The notes below the pieces were generated by a model, which had not been told where the DNA came from, made no database searches, and saw nothing but the letters and a program-made list of their open reading frames with translations. The position numbers were made by a program, and so were the translations under genes. 45,394 nt of DNA from a virus (taxonomy: Duplodnaviria > Caudoviricetes): positions 1 through 45,394 of the IMG/VR virus record IMGVR_UViG_3300032315_000882. One strand, 5' to 3'. Of the stretch, positions 12,777 to 24,500 are shown piece after piece; position 1 is the first letter of the stretch, and every line of letters begins with the position of its first letter.

Positions 12777-15472
12777 TAGGTGGCCACTCTATAGCTGCCG
12801 GTCAGCGTTATTCCAGCAACACTAGTGTCCATCGGAACTGTGGAAAAGCCTGTTGCTGCGTTGTATTGATTGATGGAAATGCCCGACGATGCTTGCGGAA
12901 CGATTGCTTCAAAAACGCTTCCGCTTGTGCCGGTTAGCCCGTTGTTTCGGATGGTTACGGCGTGGTTCAGCGTGCCGGTTGAGGCGTAGGGAAGCCCAGC
13001 CATTGCAATGTCTCCGGTTCCCGTATGTGCCGACCAGGCCAAGTCGATGGAAAAATGAACCATGTTGCCGATGCGCGTGAAGCGACCTAGCTGGACGCTA
13101 TACGTTCCGACGCCCGGCGTCGTGGTGCCGATTACGGAGGGGGTGAACGACCCCTCTTCATACCAGTCCAGCACCGTAGTAGAGGCATTGGCCACGTTGT
13201 TGAACTGTGCGCCGCCGAACAACTCACTTGGCGCAAAGTTAGTGTTAGTTTCTTCTGTAGGCGCGCCCTCTTCAAAATAGCACGACGAACCAACGTGGAC
13301 ATCGTATGCGGTGCCCGTCAAACCGCCGTTTGACAATATTAAAGAACCAAGGGTGTTGTCGTAAGTGGTCACGCCGGTCATTTGAGTGTTATCAGCCACA
13401 GGACCGATAATAACGCCATGCCCTGCGTTATCGTAGGCCACGCCGGGACCAATCACCGCGCCTTCGACACCGTAAACAAACAGCCCGCTTCCGTCTCCGT
13501 ATATATTCGTTCCGGTAGTGCCGCTGACCGACCAACCCGAAAGCACGGGCTTGAGGGCGTTTAGAATATTGATCCCGTAAGAGGTCGCGCCCCGAACGAC
13601 AATGTTGCTTCCGACGAACCCGACAGGTTTTGTTAAACCTGAGTTCGCGAGGCCCTCGACATTCAAACCAACATAGGTTTCAATGTTTCTGAACGTGGCG
13701 TTTGTCAGAGTGCAGTCGTGGCAGTCGTTAAAAACGTCGTAACCTTGAGAGGTCTTTTCGATTAAAATGTTGACCCCGGCGACTCGATCACTGTCCCAAA
13801 GTGCTACGCCGCTGTCAGACCAGTTGTTGGCCCACACGTTTATGATCGTGCTGTCGTCCACATAATCCCACCGGATGCCATTCCCGGTTGGAATACCGTT
13901 GGCCGTGGTATAGGTTGAGGTTAGGCGAAGGTTCTGGACCGATAGGCCGGTTAGCTCGGAGCCTAAAGTTCCAACCGCGACAATCGCGCCGGTTCGCGTC
14001 GTGTTTGTAGAGTGAAGCCGCGAGCCGTAGCCCTGCCCGACTATGCGAACCCCGGATTTTTGCACAATCGCCGTCGCGATGTTGAATTGACCGGCGGGGA
14101 TTTCCACCGTGCCGCCGCCAGCCGCAAAAACCGCATCAATCGCGGCTTGAATGGCCACTGTGTTGTTGGTCGAGCCATCACCAACCGCGCCGAAGTCCTT
14201 GATTGAGACGGTGTCGCGCAGTTTCGCCTGAACCGTGCGGGCAGCAGCCCCCGTTCCCGACTGGATCGACCCGACAAGCGCCGCGCCGGTCGAGGCCGCA
14301 AGGTCAGCCGTGCCGACGGCTGCCAGCGTTGTCCGCTGCGCTGCCGCGTCCACATCGTCCAGCAACGCCCGGCCAGCCGCCGTCAGGTCCGTCATCGCCC
14401 ACGCTTGCGCTCCGGTGGCGTAGGGCATCTTGTCAGCGGCTGAGGTCAGCGCGGCAATGGCCGTCAAGTCGGCGTCAAGGGGCTGTTTATTGGATGTAGC
14501 AGCGACGTCCAGCCCGGTCTGCACGCGGTCGGCGGCGGTAGCGACGCGGTCGAGCCCAGTCTGCACACGGTCGGCGGCGGTAGCGGCGACGTCCAGCCCC
14601 GTCTGCACGCGGTCCGCAGCCGTGGCCACGCGGTCAGCTTCGGCGGCGATGACGTCGAGCCCCGTCTGCACACGGTCGGCGGCGGTGGCGACGCGGTCGG
14701 CTTCGGCGGCGGCGACCGCGGCGGCCAGGTCAGCGGGCGGAATGGCGCGGGTGTAGCGCACCTGGATGCGCGTGCCGGTGGGAGGCGCGACCACGAAGGT
14801 GAGCGTGGTGCCGATCCAGGTGAAGTCTTCACCGCCGACCTGGGTTACGCCGCTGATCGACACGTCGAGGTTGGCCAGCACGGCCGGGTCTTGGGCGAGG
14901 GTGAAGGCGGTCTGCGTTCCGTTGCCGGTGAACAGCTCGAGGTTCGCGTCGGCGTAGGCAGCGACGGTGGCCAGGGACGCCGGGTTGACGTTGGTGAAAC
15001 CGTTGGCGCTCGAGTTCCAGGCGATGAGCCGGTTGGCCACAGGGTCGGGAAGGGTGGCGCTGGCCGAGGAACTGATGGGCAGCTTCAGCGAGCGGCCGAC
15101 CTGTTCGATCAGCTGCTGCGCGATGATGGTGATCTTGTCGAAGGCGTCGTTGATGACGCGCGGGTAGAAGCCGCCGTTGTTCGTCAGCACCAGGGGCTGG
15201 AGCGCCTCAACGTCGGAGGTGATTGTCAGCCTTTCGCCGGTCGGCAGGGCCGTGCCGCGCGTCACCGTGCCACCAGGATCATTGTCCTGGTTCGAGTTGA
15301 GCGTGACCGTGTAGTCGGTGTCGAGCACCAGGTCGCTCTCGACGCCGAGAGCGTTGGTGCGGACGACGCGCAGGTCGGCGGTGGTGAAGACCTTGAACGC
15401 GAACGGGAAAACCGTGGTCGCGTCGTTGCCGATGAACGGCCCGGCCTTGCGGGTGCTCGAGGATATGGCCAA
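12776..15472 (-). CDS. Tail fiber/tailspike with beta-helix (pectate-lyase-like) depolymerase domain
   Basis: N-terminal virion attachment GNDATTVFPFAFKVF; VSIKDFGAVGDG..NNTVAIQAAID...GGGTVEIPAG start of beta-helix; lower GC in the distal part. Confidence 0.85.
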   Translation of the reverse strand: MAISSSTRKAGPFIGNDATTVFPFAFKVFTTADLRVVRTNALGVESDLVLDTDYTVTLNSNQDNDPGGTVTRGTALPTGERLTITSDVEALQPLVLTNNGGFYPRVINDAFDKITIIAQQLIEQVGRSLKLPISSSASATLPDPVANRLIAWNSSANGFTNVNPASLATVAAYADANLELFTGNGTQTAFTLAQDPAVLANLDVSISGVTQVGGEDFTWIGTTLTFVVAPPTGTRIQVRYTRAIPPADLAAAVAAAEADRVATAADRVQTGLDVIAAEADRVATAADRVQTGLDVAATAADRVQTGLDRVATAADRVQTGLDVAATSNKQPLDADLTAIAALTSAADKMPYATGAQAWAMTDLTAAGRALLDDVDAAAQRTTLAAVGTADLAASTGAALVGSIQSGTGAAARTVQAKLRDTVSIKDFGAVGDGSTNNTVAIQAAIDAVFAAGGGTVEIPAGQFNIATAIVQKSGVRIVGQGYGSRLHSTNTTRTGAIVAVGTLGSELTGLSVQNLRLTSTYTTANGIPTGNGIRWDYVDDSTIINVWANNWSDSGVALWDSDRVAGVNILIEKTSQGYDVFNDCHDCTLTNATFRNIETYVGLNVEGLANSGLTKPVGFVGSNIVVRGATSYGINILNALKPVLSGWSVSGTTGTNIYGDGSGLFVYGVEGAVIGPGVAYDNAGHGVIIGPVADNTQMTGVTTYDNTLGSLILSNGGLTGTAYDVHVGSSCYFEEGAPTEETNTNFAPSELFGGAQFNNVANASTTVLDWYEEGSFTPSVIGTTTPGVGTYSVQLGRFTRIGNMVHFSIDLAWSAHTGTGDIAMAGLPYASTGTLNHAVTIRNNGLTGTSGSVFEAIVPQASSGISINQYNAATGFSTVPMDTSVAGITLTGSYRVAT
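14500..14715 (-). repeat. Tandem coding repeats (ADRVATA / ADRVQTG / LDV units) forming a coiled-coil stalk in the tail spike
   Basis: AADRVQTGLD occurs four times, with a 21-bp period in the DNA. Confidence 0.85.
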
Positions 15473-15499
15473 GATTAAAAGCTCCGAAGGACGGGCGCG

Positions 15500-15532
15500 A
15501 TCCTAGAAGCAGGAACGGCCCTTAGACATACC
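15500..15532 (-). promoter_or_regulatory. Late promoter motif upstream of the tail spike/lysis genes
   Basis: GGTATGTCT-N18-TAGGAT. Confidence 0.7.
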
Positions 15533-15539
15533 GAAAAGG

Positions 15540-18500
15540 TCACTGCGTCTTGCTGCCGGGCGACGGTGCGCCGGTGATCGCCCCGCGCACCACGTCCACC
15601 GGGCCCGTCGGTTCGACGTCCTCGTTGACCACATCGGCGGCGTAGCCGAGGGGCTTGGCGAGGGGCAACAGCGGGAGCCCCGATACCAGGCCCAACAGGG
15701 TCAGCACGTTGCGGACGTCGGCACGGTTGAACTTCTCGCCGTTGACGACGCTGTCGTAGACCGATGCGGGGGCGAGCAGGCCCCCTTCAACCACGGACAA
15801 CACCGGCGACACGGAGAGGCGGTCGTCGAAGCGGGCCTCCGTAAAGCCGCCGAGGGCGACATTGGCCAGGGGCCCAGCGATGGGGATCGACGAGAGGCCG
15901 AGCTTGAGCTGGCTCCCGAAGAACCAGTTCAGGGCCTCGTCCAGGTAGCCGTCCTCCTCATCGTCATCCCAACCACCGCGCATCAAATCCGCGATGGCTT
16001 GGCCCACGAGGGCCTGGGCGGCGAAGCCCATCAGGTAGACGTAGAAGAGACGGCCCTTGCCCTTGCCCACACCGACGCCCCGCGCCACGATCTGCGTTTC
16101 CGTGGCGTTGAGGTTGGCCAGCATGTTGGCCCAGCCGCCGAACTGCGTGAACATCCGCACGAAGGGGGAGCCGGTCTCGAGACGGGCGACGTCTTCCGGG
16201 TTCCACGACCCCTGCGTTTCGCGCAGGACGCTGTCGGCAAAGCGGACGGCGTCGGCGGTCGACTGCCCCTCTGACGTCGCCTGGTCGAAGGCGGCGGTCC
16301 AGATGATCGGGTCCATGACGTTCTGCACGGCGGACTGCATGAAATAGCCGTGGCGGATGGCCCACTGGCGGGCAGAGCCCAGGGCCGTGGGGTCCAGGTC
16401 GATGATCTCGTTGATGTTCTGGCGCGTCTCCATGATCTGGTTGTCCATGCGGACAGCCAGCGCCGTCGACAGGTTCGTCGCGGCGGTGGTGACCTCGGCG
16501 GGGTTGCGCATGAAGCGCCAGTGGGCCTGCCCAAGACGGGAGGGCTTGACGCGCACAGCCGCCGCGAAGGGACCGCCCACGACCTGCTGCGCCGTGTTGA
16601 TCACGTTGGCGAACATCAGCTGCATGCCCACCGTCCCGCGCAGGTAGCGGGCGGTTCTATCGACCCACTTGCCGCCGTTCCCGATGCCCTGCGCTTCCAC
16701 CGTCTGCTTGGCGGCGCGCTGCAGCCAAGGCAGGAGAAGGTCGGTCTGCGCCGTCGGGTCGAAGGCCTTGAGCCTGGCGGCCAGTTTCCTGTTCTTCAAC
16801 AGGCGCATGGCTTGGCGGACGGCGGGGCCGAGGTGCGTGAACTTCACGACCTTGTCGATGTGGGCTGGCAGCAGGCCCAGCTCCAGAGAGAGGGGCTGGG
16901 TGTAGTTTTCTTCGCGGCCCTTGGTGAAGCCGTTGCCCGTCGAGGGGAACATCTGCGAGGCAGAGTTGCTCTCGAGGCCGTCTTCGCCCTGCCGCAGCAT
17001 GGCGTCCTGCACGAAGTAGCTCTCGGTGAGGGCGGGGACGTAGCCGCCGCGCAGCGTGCCGAAGGGCGTGACGACAGGGTCGGCGGTGATCTCGTTGAAG
17101 TACCGGCCGTACATGACGTGGTGAGCGCGCTGCGCTCCCGGCTTCGTCTCTTCGAGCAAGTCCCAGACGCTCTGGACGAAGGCCCAGTCGCGCTCGGTGA
17201 TGACGCCTTCCCGGTGCATGCGATCCATGAAGGCCTGCCACTGGGTGTCGTCGAGGGTGCCGTCCTCGTTCTTCTTGCCCCACTTGTAGCCGAGCAGGAG
17301 CTTGGTCTTGTTGGAGAGGTTCCCCGTGTGGAGCATGGCGTGGTAGAGGACGGCCTTGCTCTTGAAGACGAAGTTGATCTCGGGGGCGGCGATGTCGCGG
17401 GGCTTCATCTCGTCGCGCACCGTCTCCATCAGCTCGTTCAGGCGGCGCATGTAGGCGGCGCTGTCCCGGCGGTAGCGGTCGGAGGCCTCGGAGATGGGGT
17501 TCCAGATGTAGCGGGTGAAGGGCCCCTGCACCCGCACGTCGACGCCGCGGGCCCAGCTCTCGACGCGGCGCAGCATGGCCCTCACGCCGAGTATCTCGTG
17601 ACCCAGGCGGTCGCTCCTCGTTGGCGTGGTTTCGGGGGCGGACAGATCGGCGTCGGGCTGGATTTCGTCCATCTGTGCGTTCAGCTCGCCGACCACACTC
17701 TCGATGCTGCGCTGCTGACCGTCGATCTCGATGAGCTTGGACTGGCGGGATTGCTGCCAGAGCTGGCGGACGGCGTCACGAATGGCGACGTACTCGCCGT
17801 AGGGCAGCTCGTTGAGGGGGCGCTCAGGGTTGACCAGGTCTCCGAAGACGGAGGACAGGTCGGCGTAGAGTTCGGGGTCGTAGGTCTGCACCGCCTGGAT
17901 GTAGCCAGACACGTCGTTCTTGACGCGGCCGATGCCGTACTTCGACAGGATCGCGCGGGCGGCGTTGACCAGGTCCATGTTGCGGCTGCGGGCGAGGGTC
18001 GCGTCCTTCGCCGTCACGATCCGCGCGAAGAGGCGCAGGTCTTTCTCGACCTCCTTGCGGGCGGCAGCCACGGCCCTGCCGGTGTGCAGGTTGATGAGCT
18101 GGGTGCGCTTGGCCGTTGCCACGCCGACACCGTCGCCCTTGGCGGCGGCCTTGCGAGCCGCCCGCGAGGCCCTGATCTGCGCAGAGATATACTGCGCAGG
18201 CTTCAGGTTCTTGAGGGTCAGGCGTGCGACGACACGGTCGGCGATGGCCTTGGCGGCTTCTGCCAGCAGCGACTTCTTGCCGACGGCCTTGGCGGCGTAG
18301 GCCTCCTCTGCTGCGACGAACTTGACGCGCGCTTCGTTGGCGACCGCCTCGTTGGCCGCCTTCTCGAGGGACTGGGGATCGGAAAGATCGCCGTGCCGCT
18401 CGAGCATGCGCTGGTCGGTGAGGCCCTTGATCTTCTCGGAGGCGACCTCGCCGTTGACAAGGTCTTCGATGAGGGCTTGGCCGCTCGGGTAGCCGAACCA

Positions 18501-21500
18501 GCCAGCGACGATGTCGGGGTGGAGGCCGTCTGTGCCGACCTCCCCATACTTCCCGCCGCGGCGCAGTTTGGTCCAGAGCGGACCTTCGGGCGCAGCGGCG
18601 AACTGGCCGAGGGGCCCCGTCGGGCGCGCGGGCTCATCGCCGTAGAGCGCCTTGAGGGTGGCCAGGTCCAGCTTGCCTGCGCCTTCGACTGGCTCGCCCT
18701 TCTCGTCCAGGCCGCGGCGCAGGAAGGCGCGGGCGCGGTTGACGGGCTCGGCCATGACTTCGGCGGTGACCTCGGCGCGGATCGCCTTGCGCAGTTCCTC
18801 GGCCTCATCTTGCAGCTGCCGCAGGGCACGGGACTTGGCACCCGACGCCCACTTCAGGTCGCGCACCGAACGGCGCTCGAGCTGTTCGACGGCCTCCTCT
18901 GTGGCGTCTCGACCGAGGGCTTGCAGGCGTGCCCACTCATCCTCGGTCATGGCTTCGGGCTTCTCGTCGTAGAGAGCGGAGAGGGCCCAGACCTGGTGCG
19001 CTTCTTCGATCTCCGCTTCCGATGCGAGCATCCGGTCCATGACGCCGCGGACGTCGTCCGTCAGTTCGACGTTCAGGGCGGTCAGCGACTTGTAGACGCT
19101 CTTCAACCAGGAGGAGAAGGTGCGGAAGAGGCTTCTCATCTCGGTGCTCGGTGCCTTCCCCTCGAAGAGGTAGGCCTCGAAGCCACGGGCGAAGCGTTCG
19201 TGGTAGGGGGTCTTCTCCTCGAGCGTCATGCCCGCCCACTTCTCGAGCGTCATGTCGGGGGCGAACCAGCGCATCAGGATGTTGGCGTCGGCGACCGAGA
19301 CGGCGTCGGCGTCGGGCATGTTTGCCAGGTGAAGGGTCGCCTCAAGGAAGAAGTGGCCCGTCTCGTGCAGGAAGGTGGAGAGGTCGGCCGTGCGCAGCAG
19401 GCTGATGACCGAGGGGGTCTGGCTGATGTCCCTGCCGAAGGCGATCTGGCCGCGGTTCTGCTGGAACATGGCGAAGCCAGACATGGCGGCGTCGCGCAGC
19501 TCGGGCGTGATCGTGAAGCCGTTCTGGATGCCGAGGGACGTGGCAGGGCGGGCCAGCTCGGTTTCGTTCGCGGCGATGTAGCTGTCGAGCCTCTCCTGGG
19601 CGCGCCCGGCGGCGTAACTGTCGCCGTCGATCAGTTGCGCGTCTGCAAGGGCCTCACGACGTACTCGTTCGCCCGCGGCGCGGTCTTTAGCGATCTGCGA
19701 GTTCTCGTCCCGCATATCCACCGGCCCGACCTTCGTGCCGAACTTCTTCAGCAGGTCGTTGGTCACGTTGACCAGGTTGCGCTCGTAGAAGAAGGAGCCG
19801 TCGCCGCCGGTCTGGCCGCCGTTCTGCTGGTTGCCGTTGATCCAGGCGATCTGCTCGAAGCCGTTGTCGACGGCGTAGCGGATCATCCGCTTCATGAGCA
19901 GGGCGTCCCAGCTCTTCTTCCAAGGAGCATCGGGGATGCCAGACGGGTCTTGGGCGTTGCGAAGGTCTTGGCGCAGCTCAGTTGCGCGCAAGTTCAAGAC
20001 ACTGAAGCCGCTGACCGCCTCCTCGACGGCGGGCGTGCGAACCAAAGCCAAAGACCCCTGGTTCAATATCCTAAAGGGGTCGATGCCTCGGCCCAGCTGC
20101 TGGCTGGCCTCTTCAAGCGCGTTAAGCATCCCTTCGATGCTTTCAAGCACTGATCCACCTGCAGCTTCTGCTTCAGGCAAAACAGCGTTCAGCTCGATGA
20201 TGCGCTCTTCGACCAGCGCGTCTACGGCGGCGGACACACGTTCGCGCGCGGCGTTCAACTCGCGGACGGCGGTGTCTTCGGCTTCGCGCAGTTCTTTTAC
20301 CCGCGCTTCGTCAACTGTCTGCTGATACCCCTCATCCCGCCCCTTCTGGTGCCAGTCGCTCTGCAGCTCTTCGATGAACAGCACGCGCTTGCCCGCCGCG
20401 TCCTCGCGGCCGGTGATGCGCGCGTGGGCGACGACGTTCTGCTTGTCCCAGTGCGTCGAGGGGCCTTCCACGTCGGGAAGGCTCAGGAGGATTTCGCGGT
20501 AGGTGTCGTCCGCACCGGGGAGCTTGTAGTCAGAAAACTGGGAACCTTGTGCGTCCAGCGCGGTTTCGGCCTCGGCGTAGCTCCCGTACGAAGCGCGAGC
20601 GTTGCCTTCAAGGTCTGTGATTTCGTACTCGGTTTCGCCGTCCTCGCCCTCGTACTCCTGTATGCGCAGGTCGCCGGTCAGCACAGTCTCTTCCAGCTGC
20701 ACGCCGTTGGCGCGCACGAAGCCGAGCACTGCGTCCTTGGTGATGTTGCCCTTGGCGTCGACCTGGCTCGAGGCAGCTTTGAACTCCTCGGTCTGGTTAG
20801 CCAGCCCGTCGAGGTAGTCCTGCAGCCCCGTGATCTCGATCTCTTCCTTCTTCACGCCGGGCGTCTTGGAGAGCGTCGCCATCCACTGCGCCGCTGGCGC
20901 TTTAGTCAGCGGGCTGTCAGCCACAGCGCGTTCGAGCGCCGAGTAGAAGGGGTCGGCCTGGTAGAGGATGTTGGTCTCGTTGGGGTCGAAGAAGCCGCGG
21001 TTGAGGGTGGACTTGATCTGGGTCGGCTGGACCGGGATGAAGAGGTCTTCGGTGTATTCGAGGTCGAAGAAGTCGCGAACGATCACACCGTCGTTGCCCG
21101 CCGCCACGGCCTCGGCCACGATCTCTTCCAGCAGGTCGCGGGGCAGCATGCCGTCGTCGGACTGCTCTTCCGTGAGCCGGTCCTCGAGCTGCTGCTGCGT
21201 GATCTCCAACGGGTTCTGGATCGACAGGTAGACGGGCATGGTCGAGCCAGCGCCGCGCGCGAAGAAGCTCGCGTGCTCTGCATTGGGCGTGAACATGTTG
21301 AGAACGCCGTCGCCCCGGAACGAGTTAAAATCGTAGGGCGTGCCGTGGTAGACGACCAGCGGATCACCGGCCTCGTTCTTGACGACGCTGTTACCGAACC
21401 AGGTCTTGAAGGCGGGCGTGCCGACGGCAGGCATCTGGGGGCCGCCCTGTCGCCAGTTCGGTATGTCCAACTGGAACAGAGCGCCCGTGCCCGGGATTTC

Positions 21501-24500
21501 GGTGAAGTAGTCCTCGGGCCTGGTGTCGTATTGCGTTATGCCCACGGCCACGTCGATGTGGCCGTCCTGGTAGATCACCCCTTTGTGGGTGAGGACGCTG
21601 TGCTGGTTGTACCTGTCGCCCAGTTCACGGGCCTGCTTCTCGGTGATACCGACGACGGTGAAGCCCGGCTCGATCTGGCCGTAGCGGCCGACCGAAGGTT
21701 GGAAGTCATAGCCAGCAGCTTCGAGGTCGGCGGCCAGCTTGGCGTTCGCCGCTTCGTTCTGCGCCGCCGATGCGTTTTGGCCCTGCGGGTTGGCAGCCGT
21801 CAGGATGGCCCAGTCGTCCTTCTCGAGGATCGAGCCGATGTTCTCCGGGGAGAAGTAGGCGTCTACGGTGCGGGGGGCGGGGCCTTGGTTGAAGACGCCG
21901 CCATCCGCCGGGAAAGCGCGATTAGCCGGGACACGGCCTCCATCTCCGTCATCGGGGTCGATGCCTTTGGATCGGAGGAGCTTGGCTGCTCCGCTTGAGT
22001 TGGTGCCTTCATTTGTCCGTATCCCTTGCGCGGCCCAGAGCCGCTTTTCAAAAAACCACAGCAGAGCCTGAACGTCGCCCGTCGGAAGATCGAACTCCTC
22101 CACCAGGTCGCTTGTCAAACGGACAATCGCCCTCCGGTCAACGCCGTCATCCTTTTCACTAGGCTGCGCCACGATGCCGGTCTTCGGGTCGATGGGGCCC
22201 TCAAACAGGCGGCCAGTGTGGCGGCGATAGGTGCGAATGTACCACAGATCGACGGTCACGTCTTCAGGGTCGATGTCGTAGCCTTGGAGCCCCATCGTGT
22301 AGGGGCCGAGCTTCAGGCCGAAGACGAGGTAGCCGGGCTTGTCTGGCCCCGCGATCTCGGCCTTGGTCGTGTAGCGCCCAGCCTTGTATATGCCGCTGTC
22401 GAGCATCGCCGCGTTGATGTCGGTGCGCGACTGCGGCGTGATGAACCAGTCCATCGCCGCCTGAAGGCTCCCCTCGCGCTCGACGAGGTGTGCCACGATG
22501 GCGAGCATCTTGTTGTTGTCGGGGTTGCGAGGCCCCCAACCCTTGGGCTGGGTGACCATCTCCCCTGTCTTGTTGGACTTGAAGGTGGTCATCTGCACCG
22601 GGAGACCACGGGCGATCCACGCTGCCTCGCGGCTAGACGGGATGACGCCAGTGGCGAGGTAGGCCTCGTATGCCTCGGACGCCAACATGAAGGCTTGGTC
22701 TGGGTCCAGGCCACTGGAGAAGAACCCGGCGAAGGTCAGGTACAGCGAGCGGTGGGAGGGTTCCGTCAGGAGCTTCGGGTAGACCCGGCCCGCCATCTCG
22801 ATGGCCTTCTGCACGTCGGCAGAGTACCAGCCCACACCAGAGTTCGGCTGCAAGAGTTGCGCCCTGACCTCGGCGATGAAGGCGTCGCGGACGCGGGCGT
22901 AGTCGGCCTCGTCGTTCTCGGGGTAGAGCTTGCGCCCCTCCGTCGCCATGTGGTGATCGGTCAGCGCCTTGGCGACGGCGTTGATCGTGAGCTTGCCTTC
23001 GACCGGCAGGGGGTTGTCGAGGAGCGGCACGCCCGTCTGGGCGTAGCTCGAGCCGAACAGCTCGGAGAGGGCCTGTTCGCGGAAGTCTTCGGGGGGACGG
23101 GTCGCGACGCTCTCTTCGGGATCGGTGCGCGCGGCGAGCCGCGCCAGGCGATCCTGTTGTGCCAGCTCGCGCATGCGCGCGGCAAGCCGCTGTGCGTCTT
23201 GCGCGGTGCGGACGGGCCCCATCGGCTCCATGTCGACGGCGTCGAACATGGCCACAGCGCCGGGGATCATGGCGTCGCTGCGGTAGCCGCTAAAGCCTGC
23301 GGCCTGGATTGCCTTCTCGTAGGCGGTGGCGATCTCCATCGCCGTGCCCTCGGTGGGCTTCAGGCCCTGCGGGTCAGCGTCAAAGTCGTAGAGCTTTGAG
23401 GCGGGGACGCGGGCCTGGTAGCGGAACGACCTGCCACTGATACCAGTTTCCGGTTCGCCGTTGTAGACGCCTCGCACCCCGAAATAGGTGCGGCCCGGCG
23501 CGCCTGCATTGCGGCGCTCCCGTTCGCCTTGCGGCGTCACGCCTGCGGAACCCCAACGAGAGGGGTCCGAGGTCATGATCCCCGGCATGCTGCTGAAGTG
23601 GATCAGGTCGACGGTCTCTTCCTGGGCGAGCGTGTTGTCTTGGTTCGTGCCGGGCAGCTCTGCGTTGAACTCCAGCGGCAGAAGCTCTGCCATCTGCTCT
23701 GCCGACATACCGCGGCGAGCGCCGAGGGTGGAGTAGAAGTTGGCGACAATCGCCCCGTAGCGTTGGTTGACGTCGGAAGTGAAGCGGCCGGTGGCGTTGA
23801 GCTTCGCCGCGATCTGGCCCGCGACGACGTCGCGCGAGGCCATCGCCGCCTCGGTCTCTGCCGACCGCTCGAAGGCCTTGGAGAAGTCCTGTTGGATCGT
23901 CTCGTCGAGGTTGGCCAGCTGCTCCTTGGCGTCGGCGCGGCTCATCCCCAGGGGGTCCGTGCGCAGGTGGTCGAGGAGGGTGGCGTTGGCCTGCGTACCG
24001 GCGACGTGGGCGGTGTACTCGCCGACCGTCATGCGGATGTCGGAAGCGCCGGAGCGGATTTGCTCGGCGACGTGGGGCACGGCGGCGGCGAGGGCGTCGA
24101 GGTCGAGGTCGGTTTCGTTGGCCGACTGGAAGAGGGTCTCGCTGGCGATGTAGATGTCGGTCACGTCGCCGTCTTCGGCGGCCATGTCGACGAACTGCTG
24201 GAAGGTCTGCGCTTCACGGGCGTTGAGCTTGGAGGCAGCAGCCAGGATGCCGAGCTGCTCGACCATGCGAGCGCCGCTCTCGGCCCTCTGGCTTTGCGCT
24301 TCTGCTCTTGCGCCGCGGTTCAGCTGGTCTTCGATAGTGGCGGTAACACCGCGCACCGTCGCACCGAAGGGGCCGCCGATCACAGCGCCTTGCGCCGCCC
24401 GGTCAAGAGCTGTTACCGGGTCAAAGCCCGCCTCCGTACCGACGGTAGCACCGGCGTATTCGATGACGCTTTGCGCCGTTTCCGTCCCCAGCTCGACCAC

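Noticed and set aside
14500-14715. Repeats here and at 39350-39730 as CRISPR arrays
   Set aside because: In-frame coding repeats without unique spacers; no cas operon (DUF2800 is a stand-alone phage nuclease)
12776-15472. Diversity-generating retroelement, expected from the BPP-1-like structural module
   Set aside because: No reverse transcriptase and no TR/VR repeat pair seen
16350-20153. 1267-aa + strand ORF, and other long antisense ORFs (28475-30847, 5519-7012, 37566-39272, 31793-33427)
   Set aside because: Shadow frames opposite well-supported genes; expected from high GC3; no recognisable motifs
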